DNA of 64,000 nt from an uncultured delta proteobacterium (GCA_963711835.1 CAVQFQ010000005.1:1-64000); one strand, 5' to 3'. Numbered from the stretch's first letter, positions 1 through 11,081 are shown. Notes: generated by a model from the letters alone, not told the origin. Numbers and translations are program-made.

Positions 1-657
1 GGAGGATCAGCCGGTTCGTGCAGCCGACCGCGGCGCACCGGGCCGGCATGTCGTCGCCTTGGCACGACCAGCCGGATATCCGCACATTCGGCTCATCAAG
101 GTGTTTGATGAAGCCAAGACAGGACGCCGCATCGTCGGCGTCGACCGCCAGGCGAAGCAGCGTAACCGGGCCGAATTTGCTCTCGGACGCCAGCCGCTTC
201 CAGTTCGCGCGAGCCTTCGGAGTTCATGCGCGCGGCGATTTCGGCGATGGCGGGTCCTGATCCGCTCGAATTCGCCGCCAGGTCGATAGATTTCGAGTTC
301 TGCGACCGGCTTTTCGCCTTGGGCCGCCCATCGCAACACGTCCTTGCGGCCGCCTTCGGGATGCCGGAAGATTTCGTAAGTCTCTGTTTTCCCGTACAAA
401 TCGAATTGGCTGACGGCGAAAGCCGGGTGCGAGCGGGTGGCCAGGCTCCAACCGGGCTTGGTGGCAGGCTCCAGACCCGCGCTATCCTGCAATTCTCCCC
501 ATAGATGGGCGCCAATGATGACAAGTAACGCCAGAACCCCCACATAGGCAGCCAGATGCACCAGCATGCCGCGACATTCGTCGGCAAAGCTGTTCAGCAC
601 CGGATGAATTTGGGTTGGATCTGGAGCGGTCGGCCGGATGGCCCAAATCGATCGCAT
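1..657 (-). CDS. Conserved hypothetical membrane-anchored protein (frameshifted, probably runs off the window start)
   Basis: ORF 7..672 has an N-terminal TM segment (LAAYVGVLALLVIIGAHLW). The protein-like sequence appears to continue in another frame (SGSGPAIAEIAARM...), suggesting indel errors. Confidence 0.55.
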
Positions 658-810
658 CAGCCGTCCTGGCACGACCGGGCGCCGAAGGGGCGGCGCGCGG
701 CTCTAACGTTGTCTTGAAACGTTGTCTTGGCGGCTTTTCTCGCATAGAAGCGCTGCCTCTTGCCTTTCCACGGGGACGGGCACGAGGCATTTTTCTTCGG
801 AGAGTGAACG

Positions 811-1845
811 ATGGGTTACAAAGTCGCGGTGGTCGGAGCGACCGGCAATGTGGGGCGGGAAATGCTCAACATTCTCGACGAGCGCAAATTTCCGGCCGAC
901 GAGGTCGTGGCGCTGGCGTCGCGCCGCAGTATGGGCGTCGAAGTATCTTATGGCGATCGCACCCTGAAGGTCAAAGCGCTCGAGCATTACGATTTCAGCG
1001 ACGTCGATATCTGCCTGATGTCGGCGGGCGGCGCGGTGTCGAAGGAATGGTCGCCGAAAATCGGCGCCGCCGGCGCGGTGGTGATCGACAATTCGTCGAC
1101 CTGGCGGATGGATCCCGACGTGCCGCTGATCGTGCCCGAGGTCAATGCGGATGCGGTCGCAGGCTTCGTCAAGAAGAACATCATCGCCAATCCGAACTGC
1201 TCGACCGCGCAGCTCGTGGTGGCGTTAAAGCCGTTGCATGACCGCGCCGTCATCAAGCGCGTGGTGGTCTCGACCTATCAGTCGGTGTCCGGCGCCGGCA
1301 AGGACGCCATGGACGAACTGTTTTCGCAGACCAAGGCGGTCTACACCAACAGTGAACTGATCAACAAGAAATTCCCCAAGCGTATCGCCTTCAACGTGAT
1401 CCCCGAGATCGATGTGTTCATGGAGGACGGTTACACCAAGGAAGAGTGGAAGATGATGATGGAGACCAAGAAGATTCTTGATCCCAAAATCAGGCTTACC
1501 GCGACCTGCGTGCGGGTGCCGGTGTTTGTCGGCCATTCCGAAGCGGTCAACATCGAGTTCGAGAATCCGATCTCGGCCGATGAGGCGCGCGACATCCTGC
1601 GCAATGCGCCGGGGTGCCTCGTGATCGACAAGCGCGAACCGGGCGGCTACGTCACGCCGTATGAAGCGGCCGGCGAGGATGCGACCTATATCAGCCGCAT
1701 CCGGGAGGATGCGACGGTGGAGAACGGCCTGGTGCTGTGGTGCGTCTCCGACAATCTGCGCAAGGGCGCGGCACTGAACGCGATCCAGATCGCCGAGTGC
1801 CTGATCAACCGCAAGCTGATCAGCGCCAAGAAAAAGGCGGCATGA
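811..1845 (+). CDS. asd: Aspartate-semialdehyde dehydrogenase
   Basis: GATGNVG Rossmann motif, IANPNCST catalytic Cys, DNLRKGAALN C-terminal motif; 344 aa. Confidence 0.98.
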   Translation: MGYKVAVVGATGNVGREMLNILDERKFPADEVVALASRRSMGVEVSYGDRTLKVKALEHYDFSDVDICLMSAGGAVSKEWSPKIGAAGAVVIDNSSTWRMDPDVPLIVPEVNADAVAGFVKKNIIANPNCSTAQLVVALKPLHDRAVIKRVVVSTYQSVSGAGKDAMDELFSQTKAVYTNSELINKKFPKRIAFNVIPEIDVFMEDGYTKEEWKMMMETKKILDPKIRLTATCVRVPVFVGHSEAVNIEFENPISADEARDILRNAPGCLVIDKREPGGYVTPYEAAGEDATYISRIREDATVENGLVLWCVSDNLRKGAALNAIQIAECLINRKLISAKKKAA

Positions 1846-1896
1846 TCTCGGCCCTGGTGCTGGCGCTGTCAGATCGATGGGGCAGCGATCACAAGG

Positions 1897-1965
1897 GCGA
1901 ATAGCGAACGGCGAACAGGAAGTGGCGAACGGAAAAATTTCCTCCATTCGCCACTCGCTATTCGC
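1897..1965. repeat. Palindromic intergenic repeat (GCGAATAGCGA...TCGCTATTCGC), REP-like
   Basis: Nested inverted repeat between convergent asd and carbonic anhydrase genes; overlaps the carbonic anhydrase stop codon. Confidence 0.7.
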
Positions 1966-2608
1966 TCACTTTTTCCCTGACGCTGTGAAATTCCTTCGCC
2001 GCCGGATCGAGCACGAACAGCGAGCCTTCGGCCACGCCGAAATACGCTCCGTGCAACGAGAGATCGCCGCGCTCGACCGCGGCCCGCACGAACGGAAATG
2101 TCAGCAGGTTTTCCAGGCTTCGGAACACCGCCGCCTTCTCGATCCGGATGGTAAAATCCTGCATCGTTTCGTGGTCGCGCTGCTTAACCCGCTCGCCCGG
2201 CTTGATGAACATCGACATCCATCGGCCGATGAAATCTCCCGGCGACAGCGGTTCGATATTGTCGATGAAGGCGCGGATGCCGCCGCACTGCGCGTGGCCG
2301 AGCACCACGATGTGTTTGACGCGCAGAACCGACACCGCGTATTCCAGCGCCGCGGATACGCCGTGCGCGCCGCCGTCCGGCTGATAGACCGGCACCAGAT
2401 TGGCGATGTTACGCACCACAAATAACTCGCCGGGGCCGGCATCGAAGATCACCTCCGGCGACACCCGGGAATTGCAACAGCCGATCACCATCACTTCGGG
2501 GGCCTGGCCGATCTCGGACAATTCGCGGTAGCGCGATTGCTCGGTAGGCAGGCGTTGCGAGGTGAAGGTCCGATAACCTTCGAGCAGATGTTGCGGAAAC
2601 GATGACAT
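1958..2608 (-). CDS. Beta-class carbonic anhydrase
   Basis: GCCNSRV, GELFVVRNIAN and GHAQCGG motifs (Cys/His/Cys zinc ligands). Confidence 0.93.
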   Translation of the reverse strand: MSSFPQHLLEGYRTFTSQRLPTEQSRYRELSEIGQAPEVMVIGCCNSRVSPEVIFDAGPGELFVVRNIANLVPVYQPDGGAHGVSAALEYAVSVLRVKHIVVLGHAQCGGIRAFIDNIEPLSPGDFIGRWMSMFIKPGERVKQRDHETMQDFTIRIEKAAVFRSLENLLTFPFVRAAVERGDLSLHGAYFGVAEGSLFVLDPAAKEFHSVREKVSE

Positions 2609-2668
2609 GGCAGTGGCTAACCATATGCGCCGGGTTGGAACAAGTCTTTCGGGCGGGGGACTGAACTG

Positions 2669-2746
2669 TTAGAGCAGGGGTTCGGAAAATTGAGCACCGG
2701 TTTTCCCGAGCAAACGGCTTCGTTTGTTCAAAGAACATGCTCAAAA
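2669..2746. repeat. Degenerate Rhizobiales short interspersed repeat (TAGAGCA...CCGGTTTTCC...CATGCTCAAA type)
   Basis: Resembles, by eye, the TAGAGCATGATCCGGAAAAGTGG...CATGCTC repeat family; diverged. Confidence 0.4.
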
Positions 2747-2822
2747 AGTATGATGCTGATATGTCGGATCCGATCAGACCGAACCGGGCTTATCGTATCG
2801 GAACTATTCAGGGAACAAGCTC

Positions 2823-3701
2823 ATGATCCGTCCGCGCCGCAGTCTCTTGTTCATGCCGGGGTCGAACGCGCGGGCGCTGGAAAAAGCGCGCAATCTCCCG
2901 GCCGACGGCATCATTCTTGACCTTGAAGACTTCGTGGCGGCCGATGCCAAGGCGCTCGCGCGCGACCAGATCGCGCAGGCGATCGCGGCCAGGGGATTCG
3001 GCAAGCGTGAGATCCTGATCCGGGTCAACTGCCTCGATACGCCATGGTGGATCGACGACATCGCCATGGCCGGCAAGGCGCGGCCCGACGGCATTCTGGT
3101 TCCGAAGGTGTCCAGCGTGGAGGAGATCCACGCGATCGCCGATCGGCTCGACAGCATCGGCGCCGACCCTTCGATCCGGGTCTGGACCATGATCGAGACC
3201 GCGCGCGCCGTGCTGCATGCCGAGGAGCTCGCCGCCACCTCGCGCGATCCCGGGACGCGGCTCGCCGGATTTGTGTTCGGGCCGAACGATATTTCACGCG
3301 AGACGCGAATCCGGATGCTGCCGGGCCGCGCGGCGATGCTGCCGCTGATTGCGCAGTGCATTCTCGCCACCCGCGCTTACGGCCTCGAAATTCTCGACGG
3401 CCCCTATAGCGATTTCAGCAATTTCGACGGCTTCGGGCAGGAATGCGCGCAAGCGCGCGATCTCGGCTTCGACGGCAAGACGCTGATTCATCCGGGTCAG
3501 ATCGAGGCCTGCAACGCGATCTTCACGCCGCCCGCCGAGGAAGTGGCGCATGCCCGCAAGATCATCGCGGCATTCGAGCGGCCGGAAAACGCCTCGCGTG
3601 GCGCGATCCAGCTCGACGGACAGATGGTGGAGCGGCTGCACGCCGAGATGGCCGCGCGCACCATTGCGATTGCGGACGCGATCGCGGCGATGGGGAATTG
3701 A
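2823..3701 (+). CDS. HpcH/HpaI aldolase / citrate lyase beta-like (CitE / malyl-CoA lyase family) CoA ester lyase
   Basis: RRSLLFMPG, ILDLED, MIET, GPND, GFDGKTLIHP and LDGQMVE motifs. Confidence 0.9.
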   Translation: MIRPRRSLLFMPGSNARALEKARNLPADGIILDLEDFVAADAKALARDQIAQAIAARGFGKREILIRVNCLDTPWWIDDIAMAGKARPDGILVPKVSSVEEIHAIADRLDSIGADPSIRVWTMIETARAVLHAEELAATSRDPGTRLAGFVFGPNDISRETRIRMLPGRAAMLPLIAQCILATRAYGLEILDGPYSDFSNFDGFGQECAQARDLGFDGKTLIHPGQIEACNAIFTPPAEEVAHARKIIAAFERPENASRGAIQLDGQMVERLHAEMAARTIAIADAIAAMGN

Positions 3702-3704
3702 TTA

Positions 3705-3736
3705 TTTTCCCTTCCCCGCAAGGGGAGAGGGAAAAA
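3705..3736. repeat. Short palindrome (TTTTCCCTTCCCCGCAAGGGGAGAGGGAAAA), REP-like or bidirectional terminator
   Basis: Hairpin between convergent genes. Confidence 0.6.
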
Positions 3737-3755
3737 AGCAGCAGGGCGCAAAATC

Positions 3756-4544
3756 TCAACGCGAGCCAAAATACTCCGCCGCCCATGCATACAGGCTTCC
3801 CGCAATGGGCCGTTCGTTGCCGCGGCCTTTCGGTGAGATGTGAAATCCGATGATTTCGGGATCATTGATCAGCGCGGAAAAGTCCCGCGGCTCGAAGAAC
3901 AGCTTCGGTTCGGCATGCACTGCGTAGAACGATTTTTTCGGCAGCGCGTAGCGCAGTTCGCCGGCGCGGCGGGCGAGCGCGGTCAGCGCCGCGGGACCGT
4001 AGATCGCGACCCGAATATCCGAGAGCCGAGGTGAGCCGCGCAGCTTGCGCCAACCGAACGTCAGGCGGTGCCGCAGCGCCAGCCAGTCCGGCGTCAGTTC
4101 GTCCTGCTGCATCAGCGCGGTAAATGCCGCGACGATGGAACTGCCTGAAGGCAGATAAAGCACCGAATTGCCAAGCTGGCGCGGTCGCTCCCAGGCGAAG
4201 TAAGGTTTTGCCGGATCGATCTCGACCGGTTTCAGCAGCAGCACGTCGGCGTCGAGCCACAGGCCGGCGTTCTGCGCCATCAGCCGCATCCGGAAGAAAT
4301 CGCTGTACTGCAAGGTGGTCCAGTCGCGCCACACCCCGTCGGGGCCGGTCGGGCGCAGCTTCTCGGCGAAAGCGCGCGGCAGGATCGCCTCGGCCTCGGC
4401 ATTGCCGACGCCCTCGGGCAATTGCGCGAGCGGCTCGAAACTATAGACGGTGACCTTGTGGCCTGCTTTGACCTGCGATCTCAGGCACAGGGTTCTCAAG
4501 GCGTCGAGCGGGCCGTGCCAGAAGGTAACGATTTCGGGCCGCAT
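3756..4544 (-). CDS. Putative DxD-motif glycosyltransferase (GT32/capsular synthesis-like)
   Basis: TFWHGPL N-terminus, YSDFFR and GLWLDAD motifs. Confidence 0.7.
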   Translation of the reverse strand: MRPEIVTFWHGPLDALRTLCLRSQVKAGHKVTVYSFEPLAQLPEGVGNAEAEAILPRAFAEKLRPTGPDGVWRDWTTLQYSDFFRMRLMAQNAGLWLDADVLLLKPVEIDPAKPYFAWERPRQLGNSVLYLPSGSSIVAAFTALMQQDELTPDWLALRHRLTFGWRKLRGSPRLSDIRVAIYGPAALTALARRAGELRYALPKKSFYAVHAEPKLFFEPRDFSALINDPEIIGFHISPKGRGNERPIAGSLYAWAAEYFGSR

Positions 4545-4619
4545 TCATCTCGCCTCTGGCGCCGCGTTTCTTGCAGTCAGCAAGATCAGCAAGATCAGAC
4601 AGACGGCTCGCGGGTAAGC

Positions 4620-5225
4620 TCAGGCCCAGGCGCGCGCGGTCTTGGCCTTCACCTCGTAGCTTTCGATCGCGGCCTTCTTTTCCATGGTGAGGCCGATATC
4701 GTCGAGGCCGTTCATCAGGCAGTGCTTGCGGAACGGGTCGATCTCGAATTTCACCGTGCCGCCGTCAGGTCCACGGATTTCCTGACTGGCAAGATCGATC
4801 GTCAGCGTTGCATTGGCGCCGCGTTCGGCGTCGTCGAACAATTTGTCGAGATCGTCCTGGGTGACGCGGATCGGCAAAATGCCGTTCTTGAAACAGTTGT
4901 TGTAGAAGATATCGCCGAACGAGGTCGAGATCACGCAGCGGATGCCGAAATCAAGCAGCGCCCATGGCGCGTGCTCGCGGCTCGAGCCGCAGCCGAAATT
5001 ATCGCCCGCGACCAGAACCCTGGCGTTGCGGTAGGCCGGCTGGTTGAGGACGAAATCCGGGTTCTCGCTGCCATCGTCCTTGTAGCGCTGTTCGGAGAAC
5101 AGTCCCTTGCCGAGGCCGGTGCGCTTGATGGTCTTTAGATACTGCTTCGGGATGATCATGTCTGTATCGACATTGATGATCTTCAGCGGCGCCGCGACGC
5201 CTTCCAGCGTGGTGAACTTGTCCAT
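4620..5225 (-). CDS. leuD: 3-isopropylmalate dehydratase small subunit
   Basis: [28 protein letters not shown]; start taken at MDKFTTLEG. Confidence 0.98.
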   Translation of the reverse strand: MDKFTTLEGVAAPLKIINVDTDMIIPKQYLKTIKRTGLGKGLFSEQRYKDDGSENPDFVLNQPAYRNARVLVAGDNFGCGSSREHAPWALLDFGIRCVISTSFGDIFYNNCFKNGILPIRVTQDDLDKLFDDAERGANATLTIDLASQEIRGPDGGTVKFEIDPFRKHCLMNGLDDIGLTMEKKAAIESYEVKAKTARAWA

Positions 5226-5364
5226 CGGTCGTACTTCTCGGTTGGGACTTGCCTGGTCGGGATTTACCGAAACGTTTCGCCGGTGGTTTATCGCGAATGC
5301 CGCCGGCATTAAAGGGCAAATCCGCACTGCGCGGATCGCGCATGGAAGACGCGCAAAAAGGAGT

Positions 5365-5427
5365 TGTCTTTATTTGACGCGTTTCTTCACGCGAACCGGT
5401 ACCAGGCTTTCGCTCGAGAACGCTTTA
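5365..5427 (-). repeat. Interspersed repeat (AAGCGTT..GAGCGAA..ACCGGTTCGCGTGAAGAAACGCGTCAAATAAA)
   Basis: Reverse complement closely matches 28122-28180 and starts at the TAA stop of the upstream gene. Confidence 0.8.
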
Positions 5428-5820
5428 TTCGGCAGCCTCGATCGCCTCCATGTCGTCGTCGGAAAGGCCGAAATGATGGCCGATCTCGTGAATCAGCACG
5501 TGGCGAACGATATGGCCGAGCGTTTCGTCATGTTCGGCCCAGTAATCCAGGATCGGGCGGCGGTAGAGCCAGACCATGTTGGGCAGCCGCGCAACGTCCT
5601 GATGGCTGCGGAACGGCAGGCCGATCCCCTGGAACAGGCCGAGCAGGTCGAATTCGCTGGTCGCGCCCATCTCGTCGAGCACCTCATCGGTCGGAAAATC
5701 GTCGATGCGAACGATCACGCCCTCGCACAACTGGCGAAAGTTCTCCGGCAGGCGCTCGAAAACCTCGTGCGCCATGGCTTCCATTTCGGCCAGCGATGGC
5801 GCTTTGGCGGATTTCCACAT
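5425..5820 (-). CDS. Zincin-like metallopeptidase family protein (DUF1025-like)
   Basis: LLGLFQG, LYRRPIL, HEIGHHFGLSDDD (HExxH). Confidence 0.88.
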   Translation of the reverse strand: MWKSAKAPSLAEMEAMAHEVFERLPENFRQLCEGVIVRIDDFPTDEVLDEMGATSEFDLLGLFQGIGLPFRSHQDVARLPNMVWLYRRPILDYWAEHDETLGHIVRHVLIHEIGHHFGLSDDDMEAIEAAE

Positions 5821-5954
5821 GGAGTTCGTTTATAGCATTTTAGAGCGAGAGCGCCCGGCACGTGATGTGGGGGACCGGTTTTGGACCCGGGTCCAGTTGA
5901 CGTTGGCGCGGCAATCGGAGACCGTAGGATCGACAACAGGTTTGGGTGGGCGTG

Positions 5955-6293
5955 ATGAAGCGGATCAAGACGGCGGCAATTTGGCTGGCTTTTATCGGGG
6001 CAGTTTCGCTGCCCGCGGCCGGAGCAAGCGCGCAAACCGCACCGTCCGGAGTGCGCATAGCGCAGGCGTCGCCACCGGCCGCCACGGACGCCGACAGTCA
6101 GGTCCGGGTTCGACGGTCGCCGCGACGCGTGCCGGTCTATCCGCGCAATCAGCCGGAACCGGATGGTGTCTATCCGCGCTATTTCCCGGGCCGCAATGCG
6201 GTGCGGGAATGCACGGCAACCTACGTGCAGGAATACCGGCCGAGCGGCACGGTGATTGTGCCTCGCATGAACTGCTATTGGCGCGGCGGCTAG
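5955..6293 (+). CDS. Hypothetical secreted protein
   Basis: Signal-peptide-like N-terminus (MKRIKTAAIWLAF...ASA), C-terminal C...C pair (ECTATYVQEYRPSGTVIVPRMNCYW). Confidence 0.65.
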   Translation: MKRIKTAAIWLAFIGAVSLPAAGASAQTAPSGVRIAQASPPAATDADSQVRVRRSPRRVPVYPRNQPEPDGVYPRYFPGRNAVRECTATYVQEYRPSGTVIVPRMNCYWRGG

Positions 6294-6328
6294 GGCCGTT
6301 TCCGTTCCGATTGAATCGGAACGGAGGC
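6291..6328 (-). repeat. Palindromic repeat (CCGTTCCGATTGAATCGGAACGG)
   Basis: Reverse complement matches 28185-28225 and abuts the TAG stop of the upstream gene. Confidence 0.75.
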
Positions 6329-6522
6329 GAAGCAGGAACTGGATCTCCGGCATTCATCTGCGCAACACAGGTTTTCATTTCCTGTTCATGTCGCCGACAT
6401 TGCTTGCGATCTGCGCTGCGGCGCGGGTTAGCCGCCCGAGGTGCATCGGCATCACCATCATCGCCACCACCGTTGATCTTCCAAGCGGTTCCTGCCGGAC
6501 CGCTTGCGCAACGCGATGGCCG

Positions 6523-6556
6523 CAAAAACAACGGGCGCCGGATCGGCGCCTGTTCT
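6523..6556 (-). terminator. Intrinsic terminator candidate for the small gene downstream of leuC
   Basis: AACGGGCGCC-GGATC-GGCGCCTGTT hairpin with an adjacent A-run (U-run on the minus strand). Confidence 0.55.
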
Positions 6557-6601
6557 GTATCCGCAGTTATCTGTATCCGCCGTTAGCGGGCGTTGCCGCG
6601 C

Positions 6602-6805
6602 TCAACTCCAGTTCTTGAATTTCCAGGACTTGAGCTTCCACGGCGTCAGCGTCTCGACGCGCCACTGTTCCCACCGATCCGGCGGCCAGTGACTGAGGCG
6701 CGATCTTTCCTTGACCACAGGTGCTTCGACGCGAGCGGCGTAGCGGCGCCGCGACTGGCGCGTCGCCTCGCTGATCATATCGACGAATTCAGGCTTGTCG
6801 GCCAC
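6602..6805 (-). CDS. Small Trp/Lys-rich hypothetical protein (67 aa, GTG start)
   Basis: AAGGAG Shine-Dalgarno 6 nt before GTG; MADKPEFVDMISEATRQSRRRYAAR...PWKLKSWKFKNWS. Confidence 0.6.
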   Translation of the reverse strand: MADKPEFVDMISEATRQSRRRYAARVEAPVVKERSRLSHWPPDRWEQWRVETLTPWKLKSWKFKNWS

Positions 6806-6911
6806 GGCCCGCTCCTTGCGAAACGCCTCGCCTTCGTGAACGCAAGTCTGCTCCCGGTAGCTTAAGGACTTCTTTCCAAAACGCCTCGATGTTGAGGCAA
6901 GGCTGCGCGGC

Positions 6912-8324
<1,413 letters not shown>

Positions 8325-8397
8325 GGGATCAGGCCTTGAATTCGGGATTTGAATCGAAAAATGCGACGTCGCGTGGCGACCGGCGGCACGCCGAGCC

Positions 8398-8505
8398 TCA
8401 AGCCGCGAGAGCTGCCGTCGTCAGCCGACCGAAGAAGCGCCAGGGCAAACGGCTACGATCGTCGAGAACGACGCGAGCGGTCATTATTGGGCGATCTGGA
8501 AACAT
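8398..8505 (-). CDS. Putative 35-aa upstream/leader ORF of leuC
   Basis: GAGG SD followed by ATG; [35 protein letters not shown]; ends 73 nt before the leuC start. Confidence 0.4.
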   Translation of the reverse strand: MFPDRPIMTARVVLDDRSRLPWRFFGRLTTAALAA

Positions 8506-8583
8506 TCCAACCTCATAGCACATGAGGTATCTAAGCGCGATATGCGTTTGCCGCCACCGTCATTGCGATGACAACCGCGCAGC

Positions 8584-8617
8584 AAAAAAGCGCGGGGCCG
8601 GTGAGCCCAGCGCTTTT
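8584..8617 (-). terminator. Intrinsic terminator after rplS
   Basis: AAAAAAGCGC-GGGC...GCCC-AGCGCTTTT hairpin with A/T runs. Confidence 0.7.
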
Positions 8618-8640
8618 CGTCGGATCGATCGGGTAGGAAA

Positions 8641-9024
8641 TTACTCGCCGACGGCGGCGGCGCGGTCGGTCTTCTTCTCGACGATGCGGGCCGACTTGCC
8701 GCGCAGATTGCGCAGGTAATACAGCTTGGCGCGGCGCACTTTGCCGCGGCGCACCACGGTGATCGAGTTGATCATCGGCGACATCACGGGGAATACGCGC
8801 TCGACACCCTCGCCGTAGGAAATCTTGCGAACCGTAAAGCTCTCATTGAGCCCGCCGCCGGTGCGGCCGATGCAGACGCCTTCATAGGCCTGGACGCGCG
8901 AACGATCGCCTTCGACCACCTTGACGTTGACGATCACGGTGTCGCCGGGGCCGAATTCCGGAATGGTCTTGCCGGCGGACAATTTATCGAATTGCTCTTT
9001 TTCGAGCTCTTGAATGAGGTTCAT
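8641..9024 (-). CDS. rplS: 50S ribosomal protein L19
   Basis: [34 protein letters not shown]. Confidence 0.98.
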   Translation of the reverse strand: MNLIQELEKEQFDKLSAGKTIPEFGPGDTVIVNVKVVEGDRSRVQAYEGVCIGRTGGGLNESFTVRKISYGEGVERVFPVMSPMINSITVVRRGKVRRAKLYYLRNLRGKSARIVEKKTDRAAAVGE

Positions 9025-9134
9025 CGCAAAATCTCCATCGGCGGCGCGCCCCAGCCTGTCAGGCGCGGGCAGCGCGAACGTCCATCTATCCGTGCGCGGA
9101 TTTGGCGCTCGTATACGGCAAAGACTCGGCGTTG

Positions 9135-9899
9135 TCACCCTTCCGTCGTGTTTTTTGGGCGTTTTTGGTTGGTCTTGATGACCCAAAGATCAGGCCGCCG
9201 CGCTTTTGTCAGCGCCTCAGCCTGGGTCCGGCGCCACGCGGCAACCCGGGCATGATCGCCCGACAGCAGGATGTCGGGGATCGGGCGGCCTTCGAACTCC
9301 TGCGGGCGGGTATATTGAGGGTATTCCAGTAGTCCTTCGGAAAAGCTCTCGTCGGCCCCGGACTCGGGTTTCCCCATCACGCCTGGCAGTAGCCGGATGC
9401 AGGCATCGATCAGCGCCAAAGCGGCGATTTCACCGCCGGACAGCACATAATCGCCGATCGATACTTCCTCGAGCCCGCGGCCTTCGATGACCCGCTGGTC
9501 GACGCCCTCAAAACGGCCGCAGACGATCAGGGGACCGGGTCCTGCGGCCAATTCGGCCACCCGGGACTGGGTCAATGGCCGACCCCGCGGGCTCATCAGC
9601 AGCCTCGGTCGATCGTTGGGATCGGGCGACGAAGCAACGTCCGCGGCATCGATGGCGGCCGCCAGAACATCGGCGCGCAACACCATGCCGGGACCGCCGC
9701 CGGCCGGGGTATCGTCGACGCTGCGATGACGATCCGTGGCCGAGGCCCGGATGTCGCGAGCTTCCAGCGCCCACAACCCGGCGGCCAGCGCCTTGCCCGC
9801 AAGGCTGAGGCCGAGCGGACCGGGGAACATCTCCGGGAACAGGGTCAGGACGGTCGCGCGCCAGATCGTGGGTTTGGAAGTTTCGGGTTTGGAAGTCAT
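9135..9899 (-). CDS. trmD: tRNA (guanine37-N1)-methyltransferase
   Basis: [54 protein letters not shown]. Confidence 0.97.
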   Translation of the reverse strand: MTSKPETSKPTIWRATVLTLFPEMFPGPLGLSLAGKALAAGLWALEARDIRASATDRHRSVDDTPAGGGPGMVLRADVLAAAIDAADVASSPDPNDRPRLLMSPRGRPLTQSRVAELAAGPGPLIVCGRFEGVDQRVIEGRGLEEVSIGDYVLSGGEIAALALIDACIRLLPGVMGKPESGADESFSEGLLEYPQYTRPQEFEGRPIPDILLSGDHARVAAWRRTQAEALTKARRPDLWVIKTNQKRPKNTTEG

Positions 9900-9907
9900 G
9901 ACTTGCG

Positions 9908-11012
9908 TTACGGTATGACGGCGGTGAGATCGAGCCCCTGCATCGATGCCGGCCGCCTCGACCGCCTGCCTGAATTGATCGAGCTTGAACGTGTTGACCT
10001 TGATCTTGCCGAGGTCGAGCAGGCCGGCGGCGGCCAACGCCGCAAGCTGGCCCGGCGCGTATCGCTCGTACATGAACTGGCCGACGATCTCCCAGTCATT
10101 CGCCAGCAGTTCGCGGAACGAGATTTCCAGCGGCACCTCGGCGCTGCCCATCACGACGAGACGGCCGCGGCGCTTGAGCGCGCGCAACGACGACAGCGTA
10201 GTCGACGTGCTCTTGGCGCTGCCGAGCAGATCCAGTGCGACATCCGCGCCGCCACTGGCGGCGTTGCGGATGATGGCGAGGTCCTGGTCGGCTTCGCCGC
10301 TGACCACGGCGGGCACCACGCGGGGGCCGAATGCCGCGCGCAGCGATTCGAGTGCGGGGGCATTTCGTCCGACGGCGACGATGCGGCCGGCCCCCATCGC
10401 CACCGCCAGCATCACCGCGCCGGAACCGAAATAGCCGGTAGCGCCGTTGATGATAATGGTGTCGCCGCCACGCAAGCCGCTGCGCTGAAGGCCGCCGAAC
10501 GGCACGATCAGTTTGGCAAGGCCGATCAGTTCGGTTGCGGGTTTATCGTCCAGTCCCGTCAGCGGCGTCACACACGCCGCCGGCCAATGCGCGATCTCGG
10601 CGAATACGCCGTCGCGCCAGCGGGCCTGCAATGCCAACGCGGCCGGCGTGGTCACCGTCGCGGTCAGCCCGATCAGGATTTGCGGCGGTTCCGGATCCGG
10701 GACGTCGCCGCGCAGATGCGGGCTCAGGAAAACCCGGTCGCCGCTGCGCACATGGGTCACGTTGCCGCCCGCAGCGACCACGCGCGCGATCGCGTTGGTG
10801 CCCGGCACGAACGGCATCGGCGGCAGGCTGTAGGGCACCGATCCCGACAGCACCCTCCCAGTATAGGACAGCACCATGCCGGCTTCGATCCGGACCACCA
10901 CGCCGTCGAACGCCGGAGCAGGGGTCTCGACATCGTCGAACCGCAGGTCGTTGTGCGCATGCAGGCGCCAAGCCTTGTGGGTGAAAGCCTTGTGGGCATT
11001 TGTCATTGCCAT
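9908..11012 (-). CDS. Medium-chain dehydrogenase/reductase (alcohol dehydrogenase-like), with a probable +1 indel near 9952
   Basis: GroES-like N-terminus and GATGYFG NAD(P) motif. A natural-looking C-terminus ([13 protein letters not shown]) lies in the alternative frame ending at 9908. Confidence 0.8.
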
Positions 11013-11081
11013 GATTCCCAATCGAGACTGCGAGCAGGTAATGGCGCGGGATCGCGAATCAATATCGGCTGACAGCCCGGA

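Noticed and set aside
9135-11021. 628-aa dehydrogenase-TrmD fusion protein as a novel enzyme
   Set aside because: A single-base indel explains it: the alternative frame gives a natural C-terminus and stop just before the trmD ATG, and similar indels occur across the window.
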